From Vermamoeba vermiformis (taxonomy: Eukaryota): DNA of 64,000 nt. The position numbers were made by a program, and so were the translations under genes. The notes below the pieces were generated by a model. It did no database searches and was not told the DNA's origin. It saw only the letters and a program-made list of their open reading frames with translations. The stretch covers positions 124,001 to 188,000 of the forward strand of contig JBEWZL010000215.1 in NCBI GenBank assembly GCA_045837725.1, read 5' to 3'. This document shows, piece by piece, positions 38,826 through 52,227 of this stretch (its first letter is position 1; each line of letters opens with the position of its first letter).

Positions 38826-41800
38826 TTACAGAATCAGACTCTGTTGCACGACATCTCGTGTTTGTTGATAGACCTCAATGCACGCACTGAGAAGTTGTTG
38901 CAAAATAGCAGCGGCACGAGGTCCCTTCGCATTGCTGACAGGTTGCTGGTTCGTCGTACGTTGCAGACGGTGCAACTCGTCGCAGTGCTCACGACAGTCC
39001 AATAGCCGAGGCTTAAGCTCGTCGTAGTGCTTGTGCACACTGCTGCACTGCTGCAACATCACTGCAATGACGCGTGTCAAGTCCGCAAGTGCACGACGTC
39101 CTGGCTCGCTGTCCTCCACGGTCGACAAACGGTCTTCAAGTTGGAGCAAGCCATTTGGGTTCTAGACTACAGTTAGCTCGCATATAACCAGCTACAATAC
39201 TACTGAGACGTACCGAAAAACTTGACGCATGATAAGAATCGCATCAACAGCCCGGCACGAAGAGTAGCGCGAAGAGCAGCGTCGTCAGTTGATTGCGCGG
39301 TAATTTCGTACACGCGCACTTGATTGACTTCACTCTGACCAGTGCGTGAGCGAGTCTCTGAAGCGAATTGATGCAAGAATGAAGCGGCCTTGAAGTGGCA
39401 AGTGTCGCCCAAAGACGTAACTAAAGAGATCTCAGACTGCTCTTTCAATGTCTCTTTGATCTTATTGCGCTGCTCATCATTGAAACAGTCAATCAAGAGC
39501 AACGAGGTCAGGAATCGCTTGGAGGTAGAGAACAAGCTGTTTAGCGCCACTGTCTCGTTTGACTGACTGCTAGCAAGAGCGTTCTGTTCTGGCTTAGCAC
39601 AAGTGATGAAATCGTCGCAAAAAGGCAAGCCAACTTTCAGGGACAGTGTGGCAGGAATAATAGACCTAGTCTGACCAACCACCGGTTGAAACTACAATAG
39701 TTAATTAGTACTTGTAATAGTAATATTTGTTGTTTACGTACTGGTTGTGAACGCGAATGAATGATCGAGTGGATTGACTGCCACAAAGCAGGACTTGTTT
39801 TCACGGGTTTCACTTCGCTCTTTGCCGCTCGGTTGTCTTCACCAGGCTGAATAATACTCGCACCAATCACCGTGTCGAAAGTTAACGATCCGTCCTTTAG
39901 CAAGGGCAACACGAAGAGCTTATCCGTTGAACTAAGCACAGAATGGTAGCTGAGACTAGGCGTAACTGTCAACACACCGTGGGAGGCGATCGAAAGTGCT
40001 TGGTCATAGATCCTGTTCAAATTAGTTACGTCGTCCTTCTGAACTTCAAAATATGAATACTTACATGACGCCACTATTAAAAGCAAGTGGTATCTGAAAA
40101 TTTTGAACGGATTTTGTGAGGCCTGGACTCGCGACTTGGAGCATATCTGAGAGCACTTGTTAGTTTCGAGTTACGAAGATAAGAACGAATGGCTTACAAA
40201 ACCAGTTTCGCGAGAAATAGCTCTCAAACCTTCCATTGTATCGCAGATCAGTCCTGATACTAACGGATATTTTTCCATTTGACTCTGTCACGCGCGGGAA
40301 GATCTTGCATTGAATGAGCCTACTGTTGGACTTAACCTCTTGCATGACGTGAATAGACTTATTGATACTCGTCAACTGACTATTTACATCCTATGCAAGT
40401 ATTAATAAGGTAACGTAAACAGAACTCCGTACCTCTTCCTCTTGTCGCAACGATGTTTGTCGTGAAGAAATAACAGTCATTTGATCCAAAGCTGCTTTGA
40501 CGCGTACTTCGCTCTGACTGAGATCTCCTTGGAGCGCGTGAGCGTCACTAAACAATATTAGACTGCAACTCAACTTGTGTCACAACTTACCTTAACTCTT
40601 TTGGAATGGTAAATGCGTAGAAATATCCCGAACTAGCTGTCGCACCATATCGTTGCTTAGCTTTGTCAAGTGAGAACACATTATAGACATCGGAAGGGAT
40701 AGGCAAGCGAACCGGTATCGTTCGGTCAATTACATCCCAGAGCTCCTCTTCAGGCTTTTGAGGGTCAGGAATGAGCGGAATAAAAAATATTGCAGAAGGG
40801 CTGCCAAATATTATATTGTCCTAAAATTATTAGATACTTGATAACATCCTCGAGTCTGAAACTTACTTGATCCAGCCAGCAAAATGTAACAGGCCCCTCA
40901 ATTTGGCATGACTTGATAACAAGGCGATCACCTCGATGCGCGAAGATGTTCATGTAACCCGAACGGCTATTGGAATTAAATTAAACGACTCTTGGGCAAA
41001 CAATCTTACCTTACAACAACCAAACTGTTGTTCTCTTTAACTTGGCCGGAACCCCAAGGGATAGCAAAAATGCCAAGCACTGAACTCTATTCGTTCGTTA
41101 GCTATGCATGACCTCGCTTCTAAGAGCTTACTTTAGTGTTGACTAATAGTTTTGAATCTGCTTCGTGCTCGCTGAACGGTCTAAAAAAGAGGTCTCCATG
41201 ATCATTTCCTATCAATAAAACGCTCCGCTTCATCAAGGTTCTATTGGAATGTTAAAACAAGGTCGTTATGATACTAGAATTGAAGAACGTACGGATCAGC
41301 CCCAAACAAAGCGGAATAAAACGGTTTTGAGATCAAAAGAGCATCAGTATGATCCTTCTCTGCCGATAACAGTAATTTAAGGTTAAGAAAAGCTCCGTAT
41401 AAAGAATAAATATAAAAGCATCGCTAATAATGGAAAGGATATGTTTTAGTGCTGAAATACTCGCTTGGTGTCGTGCGAGCAGCGTACTATGGTCACCAGA
41501 AGGAGAACATAGCTCTACTGCCGTATTATAAGCGGCTATTAAGCCCTTTGATGAGGGTAAAATGACTTTGCTGGGCAGCTAATCGCAAAATTGGTACGGA
41601 CATTTAGAATATATTAGGTAATTTACCTGAAACTCAGCTAATTTGAAAGAATAATCGATATTGCAACCGTAGGGAGCACTGGCTCTCTTATCGAGAGCAT
41701 TCTGCTTTCTTTGAGAACCAAGGGTAGATTCGCTTTTGAGTTTTTTTTGTGGCTGGGTCGAATCATCTCCAATATTTTTCCTCTTCTTGGATGAGCTATT

Positions 41801-42256
41801 TGAACTGTATAAAAATTGATAAAGAATAATTTAAAAATTTAGCCAATTTTTTTGGCTGATCGCGAACCTCAATCCGGTCGGAGAATTAAAAGGAGAAGCT
41901 ACCAAAAATAAACTGCATTCTATCGTTGAGATAAATGCCGCTGGTTCAGCTTCACCCGATAGCTGCCCGATAGCAAGGGAAGAAGCGTCCGAAGGCAAAG
42001 CCCATAAAGTCTGATCATAATATAAAATAGGTTAGTTTCCACTAATATCAATGGAATAGGGTGTAATGACTTATTTCTAACAAAAAATAATCCTTACCTT
42101 GAAGGTCGGGAGCTGATCCGCATCTAGATCGAAGAGGTGCAAAACTTTCGGCCGGTGTCTCAAAATCAATTTGCGAGACGCATGGTCATAGCATGAAAAA
42201 GCAGAGCCGACAGAATGAGAAATGATTCTAGCTCGAATAATATCAAAGGATTTCAT
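38826..42256 (-). CDS. FAAP100: Fanconi anaemia core complex protein FAAP100-like
   Basis: FYSALFGADPTLMKRSVLLIGNDHGDL, CQIEGPV, coiled coil LTSINKSIHV and C-terminal EVYQQTR..SLIL resemble remembered FAAP100 segments in the same order. Confidence 0.7.
41372..41442 (-). other. U12-type AT-AC intron, 71 nt
   Basis: 5' ATATCCTTT, branch TTTTCTTAAC (41391-41382), 3' TAC; removal is in frame (SALK-LLSAEK). Confidence 0.82.
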
Positions 42257-42780
42257 GCCATTAATCTAATCTGGGATTCGAAAATTTAGAAAAATTGTGG
42301 ACTAAAAATAATAATGGAAGGACCTCGGACACGATAAGGAGATTCGTAATCGAAAGAAAAAATGAAAAAATAGGAGGAACGACGACCGAGATCTGATCAG
42401 ATCGCATCAAAAAATATCAAAATCCTCCATAAAACGAATAAAAAGCAATAGAAACCAAAGAAAAACGATACATACCCAAGAATAATAAGAATCTCATACG
42501 TCTTAATAGGAAAAAGTACGGAACTCCACGAGGTAAGCGAAGGAGAGCCTCGGTCAAAGGAAGTCAAAACTTCCCCCTCGCCCAGAAAACTGATAGAAAT
42601 TTGAGTTATGGAAAAAGTTGTCCGAGGAAAAAATGGCCAAAACGACTCTGACCGACAAACAACCGAGAAACAAGAAGGGTGTCTGACCAGGACCGAAACA
42701 ATAAAGAGTTTTGTTTGCCCTCTCGTCATTTTAGCTTTTGTTTTACATAGCTAATCCACGCTTCAACCTTCAATAACAAC

Positions 42781-44127
42781 ATGGGTAAGGACAAGCCTCA
42801 CGTTAACCTCGTCGTCATCGGTCACGTCGACTCCGGTAAATCCACCACCACCGGCCACTTGATCTACAAGTTGGGAGGTATCGACAAGCGTACCATCGAG
42901 AAGTACGAGAAGGAATCCCAAGATTTGGGCAAGTCCTCCTTCAAGTACGCCTGGGTTTTGGACAAATTGAAGGCTGAGCGTGAACGTGGTATCACCATCG
43001 ACATTGCTCTCTGGAAGTTCGAGACCAACAAGTACTACTTCACCATCATCGACGCCCCGGGCCACCGCGACTTCATCAAGAACATGATTACTGGTACTTC
43101 TCAAGCCGACGTTGCCATCTTGGTCATTGCCTCCGGAAAGGGTGAATTCGAAGCTGGTATCTCTGAGAACGGTCAAACCCGTGAGCACGCCCTCTTGGCC
43201 TACACTTTGGGTGTCAAGCAAATGATCGTCTTGATCAACAAGATGGACGACAAATCCACCAACTGGTCTCAAGCCCGTTACGACGAAATCCAAAAGGAAC
43301 TTTCTTCCTACTTGGCCAAGGTCGGCTACAAGCCCGAGACTATCCCCTTCATCCCCATCTCTGGTTGGTTGGGTGACAACATGTTGGAGCGATCCACCAA
43401 CTTGCCTTGGTACAAGGGCCCCACTCTCGTCGAAGCCCTCGATGCCTTGAAGGAACCCAAGCGCCCCGTCGACAGACCTCTCCGTATCCCCATTCAAGAC
43501 GTCTACAAGATCGGTGGTATCGGAACAGTGCCCGTCGGTCGTGTCGAGACTGGTATCTTGACTCCTGGTCAACAAGTCACCATTGCCCCCGCTCAAGTCA
43601 CCACTGAAGTTAAGTCCATTGAAATGCACCACGAGCAAATGCCCCAAGCCACCCCTGGTGACAACATCGGTTTCAACGTCAAGGGTCTCTCCGTCAAGGA
43701 TATCCGTCGTGGTTACGTCGTCGGTGACAAGACCAACGATCCCCCAGCTGGCTGCGCTGACTTCACTGCTCAAGTCATCGTCTTGAACCACCCTGGTCAA
43801 ATCCACGCTGGCTACGCCCCAGTTTTGGACTGCCACACTTCTCACATTGCTTGCAAGTTCGCTGAGATCTTGTCCAAGGTCGACAAGCGTACTGGTAAGG
43901 CCACTGAAGAGAACCCCAAGTTCGTCAAGAAGGGAGATGCCGCCATGATCAAGCTTGAGCCCTCTAAGCCCATGTGCGTCGAGTCTTTCTCTGACTACGC
44001 TCCTCTCGGTCGCTTCGCCGTCCGTGATATGAGACAAACCGTTGCCGTCGGTGTCATCAAGGCCGTCACCAAGAAGACTGCCGGCTCTGCTGCTGACGCC
44101 AAGGGTGCCGCCAAGAAGGCTAAATAA
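42781..44127 (+). CDS. EEF1A: Translation elongation factor 1-alpha (intronless CDS, strong codon bias)
   Basis: [39 protein letters not shown]; lacks the opisthokont insertion (PWYKGPTL). Confidence 0.99.
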   Translation: MGKDKPHVNLVVIGHVDSGKSTTTGHLIYKLGGIDKRTIEKYEKESQDLGKSSFKYAWVLDKLKAERERGITIDIALWKFETNKYYFTIIDAPGHRDFIKNMITGTSQADVAILVIASGKGEFEAGISENGQTREHALLAYTLGVKQMIVLINKMDDKSTNWSQARYDEIQKELSSYLAKVGYKPETIPFIPISGWLGDNMLERSTNLPWYKGPTLVEALDALKEPKRPVDRPLRIPIQDVYKIGGIGTVPVGRVETGILTPGQQVTIAPAQVTTEVKSIEMHHEQMPQATPGDNIGFNVKGLSVKDIRRGYVVGDKTNDPPAGCADFTAQVIVLNHPGQIHAGYAPVLDCHTSHIACKFAEILSKVDKRTGKATEENPKFVKKGDAAMIKLEPSKPMCVESFSDYAPLGRFAVRDMRQTVAVGVIKAVTKKTAGSAADAKGAAKKAK

Positions 44128-44425
44128 ATTTTGTAACTATCACTCGTGCGAATAAAACCTATTTAAAAACCATCTTTGTTTCACTTGTCTTCTTCCTTTC
44201 GTCTTTTCTACCTGGTGTTGATGATGCAACTTGGACACGCATTTAGCGCAGATCTGGCCATTGATGATAACGCCGTTGCTAAATGTTTTCGCTCATTTAA
44301 CGTATCTTCTCCCTATTCTTACTGTATTACGTGCCTATATGGTCTGGTCCCCGACCGGAGGCAATAATATAATTACTTTCTGATCTTGCAATCTTTTTTA
44401 AATATTTATTGTTAACAAACAACGA

Positions 44426-45886
44426 ATGGAGAAACTATTTGGTGTTGTTCGTAAAGCAGCTAATACTGCACGAACAATTGTTTCTGGTGATCGATATCGC
44501 TTCACTGAAGACGGATTTGATCTTGATCTGGTTTATGTTACTCCAAATATTATTGGTACGTTTTTAATATTAAATAACAGTACCAATTAGCACGCGATGC
44601 GCTGCGAACGAATATTTTAGCATTAATTTGAATTTTCGGAATATTTAAATAATTTTTTCAATTTCGCAGCGATGGGCTACCCCGCCGAGGGACCCGAGTC
44701 TGCATGGAGGAATAATATTAATGACGTTGCACGATTTTTCCGTACGAAGCATCCTGGACACTTCAAGATATTCAACCTTTGTGAAAAGACTTACGATATT
44801 ACAAAACTCGATAATATGGTAAAAAATTGGGCGTGGGCTGATTACTATCCTCCGTTGCTGTTGACGCTGTGGCACTTGCTCGAAGAGATGGATCACTGGC
44901 TGTCGCAAGATCCCCTAAACGTTATTGCCGTTCATTGCAAGGTAATTTTCATATCCTTTAGCATATTGATATTAATTGGCAACAGAATGGTCGTGGACGA
45001 ACAGGTGTTGCTATTGCATCGTACTTACTCTACAAAAGAGTGGTTACAGATGCCGACGAAGCACTCAAATACTTTAATCGTAAGCGCTCTGTTGTAGGAG
45101 AGGGCGTTACAATACCATCACAAAAAAGGTAAGAAACAATTTATCCTCGTATGGGGGCTTTACCTAATGCTATTAGATATACAAAATACATCGAGATGCT
45201 TTCGAGCCACCAGATCCCGATCACTCTTGTACATACACCGAAGCGAGTTCGACTTCACAAGTAAGTGCCTATTGATATCGAGAGATGTAAGCTAATGATA
45301 TGCAGGTTAATACTTCGTCCCGTGCCCGTGGCAGATATCTCAGGAAAAGGTACGCGTGATCCTACATGAGATAAAGTACATCTACTTGAACCTACTTACT
45401 CACGCTGTATCTTGTAGGATGCCGTCTTTGGTTCGAAATATTTCAGTCGCCAACTACCATGAAGAACGTTGAGCCTTTATTCGCGACGAAACCCGAGAGG
45501 AAGTACCTAGAAGAGGAGGCGGCAATGAGTTTGCCGTGCGATCTTGAAGTTCAAGGAGATATTTGCATCAAGGTAGTCATCGTGTGTAAATAGGTAGATC
45601 GTTATTAACATTGCTCAGGTCTTTCACAAGACTCAAGTCACATCCAAAGTGTCGATCGGAGCCAATTTGTTCTTGTTCCGATTCTCGTTCCATACTTCAT
45701 TCGTTAACGAATACTTTCATGACTTTACATTGAAAGAGCTCGAAGGAGAAGAGAACCCTTTGAATGAAGACAAGTACGTCATAACATTGCTGCTGATCTT
45801 AGAGATCTACAATAGCTCGAACTAACTTGCGTTGCAGGAGCTTTCATCGATCATTTACAGTGCGCTTAATATTCGGAGATTTGTAA
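44426..45886 (+). CDS. PTEN-like lipid phosphatase (phosphatase + C2 domains)
   Basis: DGFDLDLVYVT..IIAMGYPA, YRN-like WRNNI, HCK|NGRGRTG, GVTIPSQKRY, VQGDICIK, FRFSFHTSF. Confidence 0.9.
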
Positions 45887-46239
45887 ATAATGTGGTGTAA
45901 ATAAGACGTTTCAATCGGAATGGGTACTCGTGTTATTGCTGGCCAAGTTAGGACTACAGCGTTCAATCAGTATTGGAGCAGACTGAGGAGAATAAGGGAT
46001 CGAATTTGAGGACTCGTATAATGGATGTTCAATGGGAACAAGGACAAGTTGGTTGGGTTCCTCTGGAACTCCGATGTTCCACGACAAGGTTTGGATCTAA
46101 CGATGGCGCAATAGATTGACTTGATTTTGATAATTATAAGTAGTGAAGTTAATTCACGTTAATCTTTATATTGTCTGGATTAGTGCCAAATAAAAGTTGT
46201 TTCATTTCGCGATCCGACATTCGTTGCTTTGTATCAAAA

Positions 46240-49200
46240 ATGTCAGACCAAGCCTCCTGGTCTCAGTACTCTACCGAGGCTATTGTTAATTTTCTACAAA
46301 ACAAACCATGCCCTTCTATCCCTCCAACAGTAAACAAGTTCGATCTAGCCATCTATTTGTTGGAATCTGACCAGCATTACATCCCGCGCAAGCAGAGTTT
46401 TTTATTAGAGTGGATTACGAATGTATTAATCAAGTCGAGCGATAATTATAAGAAATTAGAGTCCGGAAAGGAGCCCAATACGTAAGCTGCAAACAAATTT
46501 GTTTATTAAATTAGAATATTTTTCTCATTGCCCCAATTACGTATTAAATAATTTATTAATCAAGCATATCAAGTATTTTGATTTATATTTTATTCTCGAT
46601 CGCGATCTGGAAGATGCGACAGACCCTAACTATGTAGCAGAAAGGACAATGCCAACAAGAAGAAGCCCATATTTTTAGAAAAAAGATGTTGGATTTTGTT
46701 GCTGGATTTATTGACAGATAACAACCTTGTTTCTGGATCCACGATCGTCCATACGAAACTTTTGACAGTTATCAGTTTGATCTTCAACGCAACATTTACA
46801 GATATAAGCAATGGCGCCAATAGCGAGGGTCAACATGAGTTACTATCAACTGCGCGTGCCATTCTTGAACTGCTGTTGACGAAGTTCGAAACAGCCTTCA
46901 AGCCTACTTTCGAACAGTTTGGACAGTTCATCGGTGATATGATCAAGATACAAGCTCACATTGGAGTCAACGAGGTCAGCAACAATGTGAATGCTGTAGA
47001 AGCGTACCTTGGCGTATTAGATCTGTCTTTGAAAGAATTCACTCGTCAGCTGGCTGATCAGCCAAACCAAAAGAAGGTATGCAAGAAGCGATATGATAAA
47101 TTAACTGATTAATAATGGTTCCGCATATTAGGTGTTCTCGTTGCTAGTTGAGAAGTTGCTCGTAGGATTTTTGACGTTGCGCTATAAACTCCACACAGTT
47201 AGTGAGGCTAGAATAGAGGTGAGTAACCCCAGGATATGTATACGTGACTCTAATACGCATGTAGGCACAAAAAAATGCCGTGTTGACTTCTTTAGAGTCA
47301 CTCATGGGCGAATATATTTTCCATCCTGAACACGTGCACGAGTTTGCGATGTCATACACAGCTACCAGAGCGAAAGAAGAGGGCTCAAAATCTAAAGGAG
47401 AAGATGGATCCGATGAGTAAGTAACCGTTGAATTTAATGACATCGCTAATGTGATTCATAGGCCCAAGGCCAAGCGACAGAAGACCACATCTGGAACCTA
47501 TTTGGGCCACAAGATTTTCAGCTACCCGAAAAAGTTCTTCGATGTACTACGCGAAATGATACTCCAACCAACTACTATTGCTGGTAGGTTTCGACAGATT
47601 GCTGAAATGTTGCATCGTCGTGCTCACATTTACTTTCCCAGCTGCTCTGCACTCGTTTGAATTTGTCTATCGAGCATTCTTAAGAACTATGAACGACGAT
47701 AGAGCCAAGAAAATTGTGCCGAACTTGAAAGTGAAGAAAGATGCTCTGAAGAGGAAGGAAAAAGCTGTGTTAATAGAGCAATATTCTGAATTCAACTTCA
47801 TGATGGAGTTGCACGACATGCTGAGTGGATTCTTTGCACAGAACACCGCGCAAGAGGAACTCGCTCGAACACGTACGTCACTCTAATGACTAATAGCCCG
47901 AATCTAAGCACGTTATATACAGTGAACAATAACGAAGAACGAGCGACCAACACTGCTCTTGCATTTGCAGCGATGAACAGTTTGTTGGACACCGTCATTC
48001 AGTTCAATGTCTACAGTATTCCTCTCGACACCGCTGATCGTTACCAGTACCATTTCTTCCTCAATCTCAGCGACACGCTCGTGCGGTTCTTGGCAATCAA
48101 CAAAGATTCGCTCAGTAAGTCATCGCTAGTTAGTACGAGCCACTAGTTACCGAACTAACGCCACATAGCTATCAAAGCAATGCCCGTGATTGAGAACACT
48201 TTCACAGGCTTCAAGTACTTGTTGCAGCTCAATCACAACGTAGTAGAGCCCAAGCTTGAGACCATCTTGCACGCAGCTTGGTGTTTGAAAGACGCAGAGT
48301 TCACTGAGCCGATTCAAGCATTCTCTATCACCCTCGTCAACACTTACGCGCTGTTGCGTCAATTTGATAAATTCCTTCAGTTGCTGATGACTAGCATGAA
48401 GAAAATCAAAATCACCTCGTTCTTCCCCCACCACTCCTACTGGAAGGCGTAAGTCACATTAGATGCATCAAGTCTATTTCAGTACTAATTGCACGATTAG
48501 GTTCAACACGAGTGTTGAAAATCTTCCTCCTTTACAACTCGTGCAGCTGTGGAAACAAGTGGCTGAATCCCTGTTCTCTGATTACATCACCCCTGTGTTG
48601 ATGCAAGAGGCGTCAATCAACTACCTTCACGCAGTCAATTTGTTCTGCGAGCTCATTGAGCACGTCAAGATCACTGAAGCGAACGTCAATCAAATTAATG
48701 GCCTCGTTGAAGACAACTTTTCAATGATGGTCGCACCTTTGTTGATTACGATTATTGACTCGACTAAGTCTGGGCTCAAGTACGTCATTGTTAATAACAT
48801 TAGCGCCATATTAATATATCCTTAATGCAGACAAAGCGATGCAGTTGTATTCGCCACGCTGTTGATGTACTACTCACTGACGCGACTGGCTACATTCATC
48901 AAGTACCGATTCAGTGGCTCGCTGGACCACATCGAGTCATCAATTGCATTGCCGTCATTCTTCAGCTCTATTCACGAAAATAACGTTCAATTGAGCGAGT
49001 TCGTTGAGAACTTTATGACCACCAAGAGCATTGATTTGAAGTTCATATTGGTAATGTCTACATATACGCACATGAACAAAACTAATATTATGGCAGATTG
49101 TTCTGTCAGTTGAAAGATGCAAGCAATTGTTCCGTCACATGCACGTGATTCGAAGCCAACATTTTGATCGCATTGTTGGTGCACTGTACGGCCAGACTAC

Positions 49201-52169
49201 TAAGACCGTTGAATCTGAGCTCGATGCTGAACATCACAAGTGTCAGCAAGAACTGACCAAGCTGTTCTCTATCCTCCATCGTTCAGTTCAAAGCGAGTAC
49301 AAGGTCAACAAGAATACATCTGAGTTCTGGGACGGACGCATTGTTTCAATCAAGAAATCCAACTTCACTGCGGCTCTGTTGACGTTGTTCTGTGAAAATA
49401 TCCATATTTGGACGTAAGTCCCTCGCTTAACACCTACAACATTACTAATATCCAAACAGCGATTGCGCGTCATCTGAAGAGTTGCAACAGTTCAGCACTA
49501 TGATTCTCGATGCGGGCTCGTTATTGGCTCGCAGTCATTGGCGCGTGTCAGATCCTATCAGTGTGCTGCTTAGCAACGCCACGTTCTTTGAAATACCAAA
49601 AGTCCAAGGTACAGCGTAGCAGTTGTGAGTTACTGTCCGTCCTAACATAAGTGCTTTGCAGATGCTCTTCTCGAAGGCTTTTCAAGTCTTTTGGTCTCAG
49701 CGCTTCAAAGCGTGCCCAACCAAGCAATGATCGAGTCCCGACGAGAGATCACCACTGAGAACATTTTGATCCAGCTCGATGAAGTCGTGAGTCAAGCTGG
49801 CACCATTAGAGCGCTTAATGGAGAGCATAAGACACTGTTAATCTCCAGTGCAGCGTTGACACCTGTCATTCACGCCTGTGACTTGCTGCACGCACTGCCA
49901 CTCGCACCTTCAAGCGCACAAGTCCAGAAATGTGTCGCGTTGTTGTGTGCTGTCAGCTGGTACACCCCGGCCAACAGTGCTGAACTGACCGCGCTGCACA
50001 AACTGATAGCCAAGTTAGTTCAAAATGATTGGAATTGCAACGAGGTACGTAACTGTAATATTATTTGTAGTATTGTGCAGGGCTTAATATTGCCTTCATT
50101 AGTGCCTGCTAGTCAATTACCTGATTCAAACGAACCTCTACCATACCTCTAATGCCTCGGATCTGGTCCTTCGAGCTTACATTAAGTACGTACCCGCAAT
50201 GATTATTAGTCCGTTACTAACACGTGCACAGCAATATCTGCGACACTAAGCGAGATAAGCTGCGTGCCACCACAATGGAGAAGAGAACAGTCCAATTAAG
50301 TAGGAACTTGTCCGGCGACAAAAAAACAGCCATGACCGCGAAGATCTTGGCTTACATTAGCAGCTTCTATGCTGAGAAAGAAGCACACTGTAAATATTTG
50401 AAACAAAGGTAAGTAGCTCATCAATCAGTGGCAGAATAATCGATACTAATTGGTGTGCAGCAAATCTATCACCAAAGAAACAGCCGACGAGCTTGAAGTT
50501 CGGTTCTTCATTCCGAAATTTGTCACGACACTCGTGCAAGAGTTGCAAAAGAATATTCAAAGCGCAATTGATGTACAGCACGACAACAGCGCAGCACAGC
50601 TCACGCAAATTGAGGTGCAGTTGAGTTTGTTGAACTTTTATCGGTTATATTCATCCAAGTTCAGAGGTAAGAGCAGATCACAATATTAAAACACAGAGCT
50701 AATAATCTATGATTAGAACGTGATCGTAATGAAGAGACGTTCAATGTGGACTTTGATTCGTTCTTGCCGCACATTGGTCACCTGACACGGTTGACAATCA
50801 ACGAACTGCTGAGACCTTCGGCTGCCAATAATGACGCCATGGAGATCGATCAAAGTGACCATTCACTGAAATCACGTGTGTTCTCATCACTGCTCACCGT
50901 CGCAGATTGTTTGCCAGTGTTGTCGAGTCTGAATATCAAAGGCTTTGGTTTGATCGTAAGCGTGGTGTTTGAGCTCATGATTCGTGCTCACAACAGTAAG
51001 TCACTCGTGCGTGAATAATTAAGTCAAGCTAACGGCGTGCAGGTCAAGTGGAGTCAAAACAACTTGAGCGCATTTACATTCATTTGATTCAAAACGCGAC
51101 CAAAGAGCAGATCGAGTTGATTTTGGATCACTTGAAGTTAGAGACACGCATTGATAATTTGGTGACTGACAACGCCGAGAATAACAACGCACGACTGATG
51201 ACTTCAATGGACTGTCTGTTGCTGTTTTTGACCAACACTGCTGGTACGGCACTTATGATGAGTATTAACGGCCCTAATATTGTTATTAGCCTCCATTCGC
51301 TATCAAATCATGAACAAACAAGCGCAGATTATTCTGAGCAACTGTTTGACACTTGTCACGACTGTGTCACCGCCACAGAATGCCACATCAGAACACTTGG
51401 TAATCAAGGCGTGCGAGATCATGAACAGATTGGTCGTTGATTCGGTAAGTTTTAAATGGCTACAATACACGCTAGATCTGACATTTGTTCGCGCAGTTCA
51501 CCAAGTTGAAGTCACGTCACTTGTCATTGATGTTGCAGCTGTTCAGTCCGTTCATGCTCAACGAGGCCAGTTCAGTGAACGGCGGCACAGACAGATTCAC
51601 CAAAGAGTATTTGATCTCTGAGCCTGTCTTCACTGCACTCTATTTCTTGTTGATTAACACGCTCAAGTCACGACAATACGAAGCATTCAAAGTGATTGCA
51701 CCGCTGTTAGATGGCATCAAATGTTCGTATAAGACTATTATTACTATTTGTACTAACCAGTCGTGCAGATCTGTTGCGACAAATAGTCCGAGCTAGACCT
51801 GACGGCTCATATTTGCCTGCTATTTGCATTCAAAACTTCTCGCGTCTGTGCGAAGAGTTAGCCAAGAACAAAATTGTCACCAAGAAGTTTGCCGAGTATT
51901 TCTTGGTAGACTTTGTCGTGCTGGTCAAATTGACGAGTCTGCCGCCCAAGATCAAGCAACACTTAATGCCTGGCGTGTACTCCATGATGGACACGTGCAC
52001 TGAATACGAGTAAGTATAGCACTTGATTTATCTACCTAATACGTGTATATTAATGTACTCTAACAGAAATCAACAAATCTTCGCCGCGTTGGACGATGTG
52101 AGCAAAGGTATCTTCAAGGGCATGTACAACGAGTACAACAGAGACCACAAGTTCAGCGGAAAGGTTTAA
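46240..52169 (+). CDS. URB2: URB2/Npa2 ribosome biogenesis protein (many exons)
   Basis: N-terminal YIPRKQSFLLEW; C-terminal NFSRLCEEL..LMPGVYSMMDTC..IFKGMYNEY..HKFSGKV* typical of the Urb2 domain. Confidence 0.8.
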
Positions 52170-52227
52170 AATACTGTTACTAATGTCAAATAATAAACTT
52201 TCTATTCTAATACTCGAACCGTCAATT

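Noticed and set aside
42763-44037. 424-aa antisense ORF over EF1A, and similar antisense ORFs over formin and MCM3
   Set aside because: Shadow ORFs expected from strong codon bias; no independent motifs
44951-44983. ATATCCTTT inside the PTEN intron as a third U12 intron
   Set aside because: It lies inside a good GT-AG intron, has no U12 branch site and would be only about 33 nt
45920-46119. Coding-like intergenic stretch (MDVQWEQGQVGWVPLEL) resembling a chromodomain or retroelement relic
   Set aside because: Too short, interrupted by stops, and no other element features
48817-48830. ATATCCTTAAT in a URB2 intron
   Set aside because: It sits at the 3' end of an ordinary GTACGT...CAG intron, not at a donor position
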